DNA of 64,000 nt from Antedon mediterranea (lineage: Eukaryota > Animalia > Echinodermata), in the NCBI RefSeq assembly GCF_964355755.1, contig NC_092675.1:17270912-17334911 (forward strand). Reading direction: 5' to 3'. The position numbers and the translations under genes were made by a program. Under the pieces are notes generated by a model. It was not told where the DNA came from. It saw only the letters and a list, made by a program, of their open reading frames with translations, and did not search any database. Below, piece after piece: positions 26,801 to 60,902 of the stretch (positions within the stretch are counted from its first letter, which is position 1; each line of letters begins with the position of its first letter).

Positions 26801-27300
26801 GCATTTCTCAAAGCTTTGTGCAAACTTGTTCTTTTTTTGTAAATCGTTAGAAGATGTACTGTACATAATAGAAAAATAAAATAAATGTTAACACCATCAC
26901 AATTTTTAATTTTCTTTGTTCATAGCATTTCTCTCTCCTAATATGGAATAGAGTATGAGGGAGTATTGAGTATTTCCAGGGGCCTGGGTGTGAGATTTAG
27001 GGAAAGTTAAGAGGTGGGGTTGCATTAACAAAAATTGAATTTAAAGTAATGTCTGAATTTAGTCTAAATTTTGGTGATCGGATTATACTTGAGGATGGGA
27101 TTATATTTGGGTCATATGGTAAACAAAACAGGATATTGTTAGCCATCATGATTTCTATTTTAATTTCAAAAGTGTATCACTGGGCGGTTTAGAATTAATG
27201 TTCGTTGCCTAATGTGTTTATATATAGAGAGTTTAAATAGGCTAAATGTTTTTTATACAATATTATAGCCATGCCCTCTTCTTAAACTCTTAAAGGTACT

Positions 27301-27488
27301 ATTATTAAAACTCACCAATTGGAGGATATCTTTATTCAAACTCTCCAATTGGAGCATATTTCTATTCAAACGCTCCAAGTGGGGACATCTTTATTCAAAC
27401 GCTCCAATCCGAGGATTTTTATTCAAACGCTCCAATCAGAGGATATTTACTCAAACGCTCTAATCGGAGGATAACTTTATTCAAATGC
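27301..27488. repeat. Minisatellite, about 29-bp unit x6
   Basis: Repeated TTTATTCAAACGCTCCAATYGGAGGATA; early units contain the palindrome CTCCAATTGGAG. Confidence 0.85.
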
Positions 27489-27683
27489 TAAAAAATTATT
27501 ATAAAATACTAAATAGTCCAATCATTGAGTTAAAATATATATATTTTTTTTATATTATTAATAACGAATTCATTATCATAATGATGCAGTACTTTAATTA
27601 ATTTGCTATCAAGAAACATTACAGATGTTTTATATTTACTTTTTGGTTTCAATTTCATATTCCACCCACTCAATTTCTGCATA

Positions 27684-28562
27684 TCTATATATTAATGCTA
27701 CTCAATTTTTCGCGTAATTTGACATATCTCCGATGAAACCACTGAACGGTACGTGCTCACATTTGGCACACTGATGTTTATTGATGGGCCGCACATGATA
27801 GGCTATGTCACGTTCCTGAATTTTAAGGATAAAAAAAGGCAAAAAAAATAACAGTAATTTTACGTCTCAACAACCATGTTACTTCACTGTATAAACTACG
27901 CAACCTCCTTTGTGTACCGCCATGGCCGGATCTACAAATACCATGCCAGGCCGCCAAAAAAATGTCTTTAGTCTACTGTATTGAATTGCGTCTATGAAGT
28001 TTTAATTAATTACACCTATACAGGATGATTTTTCGTAAATCACGGATTGGCAAAGTGTTTAAACGCCATGGCCATTGATATCAATGCTTAGTACGTTCAA
28101 GTTCGAATCCGCGACATGTGTAATTATTGAGTATCACCGCTTAAAGACTTCAACTCCCTAGGCGCACCCTAGATTAATATTCACACAGCAAAATTTTTCT
28201 TTTATTCTTATTTTCGTAAAGTGCGAACAGTCAAAAGTAAAGTCTAAAGTTCCATATCCACTATTGCTTAAATTTTGTAGCCTACATATATTTTAAAGTA
28301 AAGGGATTGTGTATAACAAATCAATGGCCGTAAATACAGTAGTTCCGAAATTTATTCGTGATACAATTTGTTTTTATTTAAATAATTTTTCAAAGTACTT
28401 CTACTTCTCGCTATGCTCAGGATAGAGATGGGTGGAATGTCATCATAAGCAGGAGCACAAAGGGTCAGTCATGACCCACAGGACCACGACGACGACGATG
28501 CAAAGTATATAACCATATATTAAGGCAGAAAAAGACTGTGCAGAGCACAGGGTTACCGCTAG
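27684..28562 (+). mobile_element. Non-autonomous Helitron
   Basis: 5' A|TCTATATATT; 3' hairpin CTGTGC-AGA-GCACAG (28536-28550) then CTAG|T. Confidence 0.75.
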
Positions 28563-28592
28563 TTTTTTAAATTAAAAATCATTTAAATATAC

Positions 28593-28761
28593 TTCAGTGT
28601 CAGTGCATGATAAATTCATCACCATCCATCTAAACATTGTTTTTAAATGGTAAGATTCTAATGGTCTTTTCAAATTTCTTTTGAACCCAAACCATTCTGT
28701 TTGGTCATATAAAAGCCATGATAAGCATTACACTAAACAATCTGCTGCCGTAACTCCTTTC
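28593..28761 (-). pseudogene. FANCC: Decayed FANCC-like exon (phase 2 to phase 0) with an in-frame TAA
   Basis: Acceptor TTATAG and donor GTATAT. Translates KGVTAADCLV*CLSWLLYDQTEWFGF...KTMFRWMVMNLSCTDTE, resembling human FANCC FESWFLFIHFGGW...TALLWLLAFYY as recalled. Stop at 28730-28728. Confidence 0.5.
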
Positions 28762-28840
28762 CTATAAGTTTGTAACTTCTTCAATACACAAATTATTAAT
28801 TTATTTTTGTATTTTTGATATTAGTTTTACAATACAATGC

Positions 28841-31800
28841 CTAATATTCTCGGATATCATTCACAATATCATTTGCTACTGTTACCAATAGAGGGCAATA
28901 TTCACTCTGCTCCTTAAAAGAATCAAGTATGATCACTGCCGCATTTTTCAATACTTGATGGGAAACGCATGCTTTGGTCTATGGATGAAAAAAAAGAACT
29001 AGTTAATTGGTTAAATTTGTAAAAACATACACATTTTGATCACCCAAAAGAAGACATAAAAAAAAAGAACAATAGAGTAGTTTCTGTGAGACAACTATGA
29101 CTTCATAACTATGAAACCAATAAGAGTATGTAGAGTGTATAAAGTTTAAAGTACCAAAAAACCCATATTAAGGTGACATATACAAAAACCAACAAAGTCA
29201 TATGTCCCCTTATTAGTAGATGTGTCCCAAAGGAGGGGCTTTGGATAATGGTTTTCAGGTGAATAAACTACAGAGATCAATAATGACAATACTAGAATTG
29301 TACATATTATTTTGAAAGGTTGTCAATTTAACTTACAATCTGCGATTCCCTGATTAACTGTAGACGATTTTTGCGTGTCATATCTGGGGTTTTCAATAGC
29401 ACTTCCATCAGATTCACTACATCAGTCTCAAACTTGTCTAAATCTTCCAGCCAAATACTTAGATCAACACTATCTAAAAAGAAACACTAAATATTAATAC
29501 GGCAATAAACAGCAGAATCCATATAATGATAGTTTACACCTAGACAGGTATGGGTTTGGGAGAATTTTAAATTTTCTAGAAGTCGTGATAGTAGGAAACT
29601 CTACAGAGGTATGACATAATATATTTCTTCCATGAAATATCATAATCATTACCTTGATCATTAATAGATGAAGAAATTTGATGTTTTATAGAATTAGGAA
29701 GGCTATCATGATGCAGTACTGCTTTGATAACACTGCTAGCCTGAGGTGTAAACAATAAGTTGCCAATGTCTAGATCAACAAGTAGTTGACAGAAGTCATC
29801 ATTCCATTCACTCTTGGTAAGTTTTTCTTTGAGGTAAGATGCAATCTATCAAAAAACAGAGTAAAATCAAAGTTAGTTAGTGTATCACTATCAGATCTAT
29901 CTCTGCAGACTCATTGTAACATTTTGGGCCTACAATATTGGATTGGGCCCATGCCAGCCACAGTGCAGCATCACCTACATGAAAGACATGGTACTTAGAT
30001 GGACCAGTACACAGATCTTTTATGGTTGTTTAGTTAGTTTGTTAGGTCATCAATCACGCTTTTAGATTTTTGCTGATGGAAATTTATCTTTTAATGTATT
30101 TTATTCTATTTTTTAAATATTTTTCTTTTCTCTTTGGATGAATAAATGAATGAAATGAAAAATGAACTGGACCTCCAGCAGTTAAGTGCTTACATGAGAA
30201 GGCTTGTTCTATCACCATACGCTTATAACTATCTTACCATTTCTGCTGCTGTATTATTATACACAACTTCTTCAAATCCACAAACTTTAATTGCAAAGCA
30301 ACTTTTACTTTTAGAATCATCATGAAGCATATGTCGTAAACGAGACTGCAATAGAAACATATCAAATTGCTAACGAAACATGAAACATAAAGACAACTGA
30401 AGAAGAAATGAAAGGGCAAAGATAAGAAAGATGTGTAGTGTTAAGCTGGCAGAAAGGAGGAACACAAGGGAGCCCATGGAACGTCTATGTCTGAGTGAAA
30501 CAATTGTGGAAGTTGTTATGAGGAGTAGCTTGAGATGAATGGGGCAAGACAAGATGAACCAGTAAAGAGAGCTTGGCATTTAATAGTTGGAGGTAGAATT
30601 GAAAAGATATAAAGAAAAGAAAGAAAGCAGGAAAGTGGGTTTGGAGGAGCACGATGTAAATGTAAATGGGGGAATAACTTGCAATTACAACTTTCTACTC
30701 CCCTAAGGGTTCCTTCCTGTCGAGTGCTAGCTGCCACCAAACAGCGCCCATTCGTCTGTTCACAACAACAGGGGCTGAATGGACCAGCACACCGGGGTGA
30801 CCACCTACTCTTCTGAAAGATGTATTAGGTTCTTTAAAGTGCACACGAGCCATGTGTACACTGGACCTCCAGTTTTAAGTCCTTATCCGAGAAGACTTGT
30901 TCTACCACCAGAACAATGGTCGAGGAGTGACTTCAACCTGTGCCGATTGTATATGGTTTGTGACGGCGCCCATGTCTTAACCGCTCGGCCAACGCAATGA
31001 TGTGCAAGACAGGAAGAAATGGAGAGATGGGTTAGCAGCCTGGAACGAGTAACAGTCAGTACTTAGAAAATGGGAGAAAGCCGACTCAAATAATATATGA
31101 TAATGAATTTGGATTTCTTTGATAAAATTGCAAATTGTTCCAAAGATAGGGTGCAACAAAAAAAAAATTCTGTCCACCGTATAGTAAGTCTAGTACAGAA
31201 ACATGAAACGGACTTCAATTATTTGTCAGAGGAATGAGATGGAATATATCGAAGAACAAGTTAGATGATATAAGATGGATCGGAAAATAATAATATAAAA
31301 AGATTTATGTTAAAATAAGTATTTTGATAATAATTTGTTAGACACACAACAATAAATTATAATTTATGTTAGATACTTATACTTATTAATCTACGTATAC
31401 ACAATTTTGTTTACAATGTACCTTTGCCCAAGTAGATGCTCTCGATTGATGTTCAGATCTACATTCTAGTGTAGCTATTCTAGCAAGACATTCAACAACA
31501 CTTTCACATAGCAATTCTAAAAAAAGAAATTTTGAATGAAAATGAATATTACACTATTTGTACGTAGTTGTCATTGAACATCAAGAATCGATGATATGAA
31601 CACTGTTGTTAGATACAGATTTTAAGTGTCCTCAAAGGTAAACACTATACTTACTATCTGAGATCAAACTATTATTTGAAGAAACAGGACCGAGCAATTT
31701 TCCAATCTGGACCAACTGTTTATCTAGATCATCTTTCTATAAAGAATTAGTAATAATTTAGGCCTTATTACAATACAGTATATCATACAAAAGTGATAGT

Positions 31801-32169
31801 TGTTACAACTGGAATCTTTTGTTTTTAGAAGCTGGAAATTGTAGGAAGCATATACCCCCATTTTAAAACAATGCAGTATCAATCACTTTAAACAATTGTT
31901 TGAGTCAGAACAAAGAGACCTTTGTATGGTCAATCTTTAGTCTATAGAAATTTAATGTAAAATCCTCATACATTGCTTGAACTTGAGTCTCTAAGAAATG
32001 CAGAAACTATTTTTAGTATGTCTTTTAATTCTTTGTTGGTCTCAACAGTTTTTGAAAGTTCTGCATCAATTGCAGTTGTCGATGACATACACTGTGCTTC
32101 TGTGTCATTTACTGTTAACAATTTGTTAATAAATTGAGCAATCCTTTGATACATATTATCTTCTGACAT
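28841..32169 (-). CDS. FANCC: FANCC-like Fanconi anaemia core-complex protein, about 316 aa, C-terminally truncated or pseudogenising; complement(join(28841..28978,29337..29473,29653..29845,30238..30345,31422..31516,31655..31736,31972..32169))
   Basis: Seven exons with GT-AG ends and consistent phases (0,1,0,0,1,0) give an open frame. IGKLLGPVSSNNSLISDKLLCESVVECLARIATLECRSEHQSRASTWAKSRLRHML aligns with recalled human [84 protein letters not shown]|TKAC aligns with [28 protein letters not shown]|PQAA. Confidence 0.7.
30654..30996 (-). mobile_element. MetaSINE (tRNA head + Meta domain) in an intron of the FANCC-like gene
   Basis: Minus strand: TGGCCGAGCGGTTAAG A-box, then AGTCTTCTCGGATAAGGACTTAAAAC..GGTCC..GCACTTTAAAGAACC..GAAGAGTAGG, and a (TTTACA)n tail. 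Confidence 0.75.
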
Positions 32170-32778
32170 TACAAAATGTTATGTTCCTAGAAGAAATAAA
32201 AATTGTAAAAATAAAATATTGTTGACAAATGTATAATATATTTTGAAATGTGCAGTAGCTCCAAGAATAATGCCAACAATCCGCCGTTTTTCTCACAAAT
32301 ATTTAATTCCCATAAAAGCCATAAGTAACAATGAAAATGTAAAGAATACACAAACGGCGTTTCATAGTTATTGTTGGCTGGAAAAATAAAAGTGGGCTGG
32401 CTTATTGTTGGCTAGCTTGACACAAGCCAATAAGTGCTAATAATTACGAACACAGTGAGTAGTCACAAAAACACTCTTTAAATCTCATCTTCAATCTTCA
32501 TTCTTATATATTGTAATAAAATTGTCATCTTCGTCTGTCGTGGTTCGTCCAAGTTTGCAGCTAAACCTCTTGACAATATACAAAAATGAAACGACAAGTA
32601 AAGCTGCCAGGAGAGTTTTAGTTTTATTATTACTTCTCCAATTATAAATTAATATTAATATGATTGAATCCACTATACAGTATTTAGATAATAATGAATC
32701 TTGCTTCGGTTCCCGACGATTATGGCCTAGAATACTACTACCGCATAACCACCAATAATAAATAATCCTTGGTCAAAA

Positions 32779-32937
32779 CGTAACCACCAGTGAATAAGTA
32801 ACCTCTGCCAAAGCGTAACCACCAGCTTCCCTGTAACCACCAGTGAATCAAGTACTATCAAGGTGCAGCCACTGGCTAACTATGTAACCACCAGTCAATA
32901 AGTATCCTCAGTCGAAGCCTAACCACCAGTGAATCAA
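32779..32937. repeat. Cluster of five GTAACCACCAG(TGAATAAGTA) repeats, possibly an LTR U3 relic
   Basis: Motif copies near 32779, 32815, 32833, 32884 and 32920, followed by TATAAATA at 32962 and a CT-rich tract. Confidence 0.45.
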
Positions 32938-33169
32938 ATAATGTGACTGACTGTTTCCTCGTATAAATAAGGAAACAGCAAACGACTGGCTACACACGTC
33001 TGCTCTCTACTGCTCCTGCTATCCCACTCTCTGCTTTCTGCTGCCCTCTACATCGTCTTTCTACCTCTCTCTCTCTCCCCTGAACAACAATCAACTTCCA
33101 GAATTACCCCCCAAGTTTCCACTTTCTCGAATTGGATAGGCTTCTATCGCGTGATGCATCTTTAAACAA

Positions 33170-33460
33170 AAACAATTTTGGAACATTCTTCTTGGCTTTT
33201 GGAGACAGAATTCGCGATTGACATTCTCTGTATTAATTTTCATGTTAAAGTGTATGTTCACAATAATCACGAAAGGCGCTCATAAGACATGTGATTTCGC
33301 AAACAGGTTTTCGTTCTGCGTACAGTCGAAAAACTCTGCTCAGCTTCAGCAGACATTACGGGCAGTACACATGCGATTAGAAGAAGTGCATGCACATTCG
33401 GGAACACATCAGGATCCGCTAATTTTACAATAGCTTCCGTTAATGCTACCTGGCACATTT
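33170..33460 (-). pseudogene. hAT transposase C-terminal dimerisation-domain relic (THAP12/ZMYM1-like)
   Basis: VFPNVHALLLIACVLPVMSAEAEQSFSTVRRTKTCLRNHMSYERLS, then after a frameshift IVNIHFNMKINTENVNREFCLQKPRRMF. Matches the hAT dimerisation consensus LPVTS.E.ERSFS.L.R.KT.LR..M...RL. Confidence 0.8.
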
Positions 33461-33559
33461 CTTTCTAGCATGGAGGGGTGATCGATCTGGCTTGTGTGGA
33501 GGTGTGTTCCCTTTTTCTGTTTGGGTGGCTGGGCCTTCGACTTTCTCTCTCGTCCCCTT

Positions 33560-34045
33560 GAGTAGGCTAGTCCTCGTTTCCCGAATCCGTTTTTCTGTTT
33601 CGGCACTGCCTGGTGAGGTGGCCTTGTCGGTGAAAATACAGAAGTACCCGCTCCTGTCTTTCTTCTCTGGTTTCTGGTGGGTTATTCCGCCTCAATTTTA
33701 TTGGCTTTTCGGAGGATTGGGACAGCATGCATGCCTTCATTTACACCACCTATCTTCTAATTCTCTTCTCGAGGTCCTCCTGCCAAGGACTAGGTTCATG
33801 TACGATCGGTCGATATTTCTGTCAAAGTTTGTACCTCCAACTTGAGGAAATTTTCTGTAGTTATAGCTGATCTAATAGCACCCTCAAGTGTGGCCGGGGC
33901 TGCCTTAAAAATTCCTTCTTTAATCTCTACAGCATCGCTGAAATGTCCTCTCGCGAACCATTCTTCTGGAAATTCTGGGTATGCGAGGTAGAATAACTCT
34001 TGGATGGCCGATGCTCCATCACATAATTTTCTGTTTTCTTTCCTG
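33560..34045 (-). pseudogene. LTR-retrotransposon (Gypsy-like) gag relic
   Basis: IQELFYLAYPEFPEEWFARGHFSDAVEIKEGIFKAAPATLEGAIRSAITTENFLKLE is gag-like. Downstream, across broken frames, HRQGHLTRQC is a degenerate CCHC knuckle. Confidence 0.55.
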
Positions 34046-34539
34046 GGCAAGGTAGCGGGACGATTTGGCCCTGAGACGATTCTGCCCGGGACTATATGGC
34101 ACGGGACGATTCGGCCCTGAGACAATTCGGCACACTTAAATGTATCGGCTTTGATATGCATTTTATAAGCATAAAATACTGTAATAACTTTATTTTCAGA
34201 GAGACTATAGGGTGGTGCTATTGGGATAAAGATGCAATGAAGCAAACATTTTCGAAAATGATGATTTTTTAGTCAGGCGCACGAATGATGTAAACAAGTT
34301 ACGCCCTCAGTGGCCACTTGGCACGCGAATGCACAAAGTAAACAAAGTTTTCGAAGTACTAAATTGAATATAATATTACGTAATTTTAGTAATTTATTTT
34401 ATATTATTTATATCAACATTGTCAATATCAATATATTTATTTAATATTAATCCTTATTCAAATGTGGGATAAATTTAAAAAAAATCAGATAAACTCTAAA
34501 AATAAACAAACTCTACTCTATCGACCATTGTAGAATTAG

Positions 34540-35470
34540 GCTAACCTGCTGAGGACCTCTACTAGCTAGCTCAGAAAGAGTATTACATAGTCATACTATT
34601 ATGACATAATAGTCGCGGCCTAGGCCTAGTAGTACATTGACTATATTTATAATACTGTGTGTGTATTGTAGTATAGCCTAGCTACTAACTAGTAAACACT
34701 AACCAGCAGTAAGTATTCCCAGCCCAACTACAGTACTACCACCACCTAGCCTAGTAGGCCTAGCTCGCTACCCTCCTTCTAGAATATAATACTAATAGCC
34801 TATGCCTGTTCTGATGATTTTTGTAGGCTAGCTTTTTGGGATAACTAGAAACAGAGTTTGTAAGGTAAGTATGCTAGGCCCAGGCCTACTACTACTACGC
34901 TACAACAAAACAAAAACATGTGTTTTAACTTTTGATACGCTGGAGGCGCTATTGTACTGAGTGCGCCACCACCGTTGATTTTTTTTGTTCATTATATATT
35001 TCCTTTGTGAAAATTAAAACGAGAGGCTAGAAAACATTTTGTGAGTCATTTCTAGATTCACCCTACTACATTTATTAATCAGTGTTCGTATTCATGAAGG
35101 TAAGTATTATATGTGTTTTGTATTTCTATGTGCATTCGTAATTTCTGAGTATTTAATTCGTAGTGACGAGGGAGAAAGAGAAGCCGGCCTGGCTGTCTGG
35201 CATGCTGTTTGTGTGGTGTGTCGGCCGTGGGTCGTCGTTGTTCTTTTTATCCATTCTATTGTCTCTTCAAATTACTGCTAGGGCTAGGCCTAGCCTAGCT
35301 AGGCTAAGTTTTCTTTTACTTTAGTGTTTTAACGTCCTTTTTACAAAGTGATTTTTATGTAGGCCTAGCCTATAATATATTTAAAAAAATGATATGTTAC
35401 TTAAAGCGTGTGAAATTTGTTCTAATATTATAATAATAGCCTAGCTAGCTAGGCTAGGCCTAGGAATAGA
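34540..35470. promoter_or_regulatory. Probable bidirectional promoter / first-exon region of Brahma and the FANCC-like gene
   Basis: Two strong plus-strand donors (AAG|GTAAGT at 34864/5 and 35099/35100) precede the Brahma acceptor at 37301. A minus-strand donor candidate (CAG|GTTAG) lies at 34546/5. The region is dense in TAGGCCTA/CTAGCTAG motifs. Confidence 0.45.
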
Positions 35471-35475
35471 AAAAA

Positions 35476-36233
35476 CGCCGTGGTTAGGATTCCGGCACCG
35501 GAACTCAACTGCCCAGCGTTAGGGATTCCGACACGCTATTGCGTATGCCCAGAGCGAGGTAATCGGCGACTCTCTATACTTTTCAACAGCGATGGATTAT
35601 TTCATAGCTGCGCCACACGACGGCGAACTAGCCTAGATGCCTTCTAATATGGGATCCACTAATCTAGGCTAGGGCTACCAGTTAGACTACGTGACCAGTG
35701 GGCCTATAGTATTTATTTTGTAATTAATTCATTCATATATAAAATTCATATCATTATGAATTATATAAATACATGACTAGTTTTATGATTTTTCATAACG
35801 CATTATACTGTACATATACAACATGCAATCACAAGTTGATTTGTTGACAGCAGCCACCGCGTGGATGTGAAAAAAACTGTTCGGGAAGTCAGGGTCGCAA
35901 CGCTAAAAACAGCATTACGATTCTTAGATAGATACTGATACTTATTAATATCATTATAATTATTTTAACGCGTGGCGTAGTCATAATCATATTTTAATTA
36001 TTAATTCATGTATGGCATAGGCCAAGTTTCATCCATAGCTCTCTCGCTCGCGCAACGACTATCTAGGCTACAGTAAATCCCTATAACAAACACTCCGACT
36101 CTCGTCCGTGGTGTGGCACTATTATTAGTGCAAGCTATAATTCACTTCCCAGAGCTCTGGGCATGCGCAATAGCGTGTCGGATTCCCTAACGGTGGGCAG
36201 TTGAGTTCCGGTGCCGGAATCCTAACCACGGCG
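35476..36233. mobile_element. Mutator-like MITE, copy 1
   Basis: About 80-bp TIRs (CGCCGTGGTTAGGATTCCGGCACCGGAACTC...), with 9-bp TSD TAGAAAAAA at 35467-35475 and 36234-36242. Confidence 0.85.
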
Positions 36234-36247
36234 TAGAAAAAAATGTA

Positions 36248-37005
36248 CGCCGTGGTTAGGATTCCGGCACCGGAACTCAACTGCCCAGCGTTAGGGAATC
36301 CGACACGCTATTGCGCATGCCCAGAGCGAGGTAATCGGCGACTCTATACTTATCAACAGCGATGGATCATTTCATAGCTGCGCCACAGGGCGAACACTAG
36401 CCTAGGTGCCTACTAATACTATAATACGGGATCCACTAATCTAGGCTAGGGCTACCAGTTAGACGTGACCAGTACGTAGGCCTATTTATTTTGTAATTAA
36501 AAAGTGGTTGCTTCATTCATATATAAACTTCATATCATTATGAATTATATAATTACATGACTAGTTTTATGATTTTTCATAACACATTTTACTGTACATA
36601 ACAACATGCAATCACAAATTGATTTGTTGACGGCAGCCACCGCGTGGATGTCAAAAAACTGTTCGGGAAGTCAGGGTCGCAACGCTAAAAACAGCATTAC
36701 GATTCTTAGATAGATCCTGATTCTTATTAATATCATTATAATTATTTTAACGCGTGGCGTAGTCGTATTTTAATTATTAATTCATGTATGGCATAGGCCA
36801 AGTTTCATCCATCGCTCGCTCCCCGCGTGCAACGACTATCTAGGGCTACAGTAAATCCTAACACTCCGACTCTCGGTGGTGTGTGTGTGGCACTAAAAAG
36901 TGCAAGCTATAATTCACTTCCCAGAGCTCTGGGCATGCGCAATAGCGTGTCGGATTCCCTAACAGTGGGCAGTTGAGTTCCGGTGCCGGAATCCTAACCA
37001 CGGCG
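36248..37005. mobile_element. Mutator-like MITE, copy 2
   Basis: Same family and orientation as copy 1, with 9-bp TSD AAAAATGTA at 36239-36247 and 37006-37014. Confidence 0.85.
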
Positions 37006-37316
37006 AAAAATGTATGCCAGCCTGTTAAAATAATTAGGCCTAAATAGGAAGCTTTTTAGTTTATAGTTTTAGTTATAGTAGTACTGTAGTATAGGCCTAG
37101 TAAGGAATAATATTATTGTCTTTTTTTTCTGGCACTGTCTGACTGACTGAGAAGTGTAAGTGTTCTGCCAACAAAATTGGCTGCATAAATTTGTTACATT
37201 TATAATTTAATGGAAGATTTTTAAATAATAAAAAAAAAGAAATGTTACATTATAATAAAGTAATTTAACATTATACCTATGTATGTTTTTATTTATGTTA
37301 GGCTGAACTGTAAAGC

Positions 37317-60609
<23,293 letters not shown>

Positions 60610-60644
60610 GTTGGTGTTGACAGGTTTACATCAGTGTTCTAATA

Positions 60645-60902
60645 CAGTCAACTCTCCCAATACCATGGCTCTTGGAAGATTGAAAACTCTCCCAAAACCA
60701 GACCATTAATTATAATATTCGTTTTTTATATAGCGCTTATTGCACAGTGCTGATAAGCGCTTCACATTATTACCCCAGTTTTTTTTTTAGATCAAACATT
60801 TATGGAAACATACTCCCATAATGCAGCAAATAATTACCATTAAAAACACCATCAAAATACCAGAAAACCAGGCTAATGGTGCCCGGTATTATGAGTTGAC
60901 TG
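60645..60902. mobile_element. pogo/Tigger-type MITE containing a SINE 3' fragment
   Basis: TA|CAGTCAACTC...GAGTTGACTG|TA. The interior at about 60725-60830 matches the SINE tail also seen at about 8950-9080 and 62595-62700. Confidence 0.6.

Noticed and set aside
26690-26858. Possible terminal exon of the FANCC-like gene on the minus strand
   Set aside because: It has an acceptor-like site, but the required phase-0 frame stops after three codons and the other frames show no FANCC resemblance.
27301-27488. CRISPR-like repeats of about 29 bp with an internal palindrome
   Set aside because: No spacers; head-to-tail degenerate minisatellite.
32491-32673. 60-aa hydrophobic ORF upstream of the FANCC-like start
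   Set aside because: Non-ATG start, no splice connection to the gene and no recognisable motif.
33796-34245. 149-aa ORF as a host gene
   Set aside because: Chance fusion of 15-bp repeats and a gag relic, with a non-ATG start.
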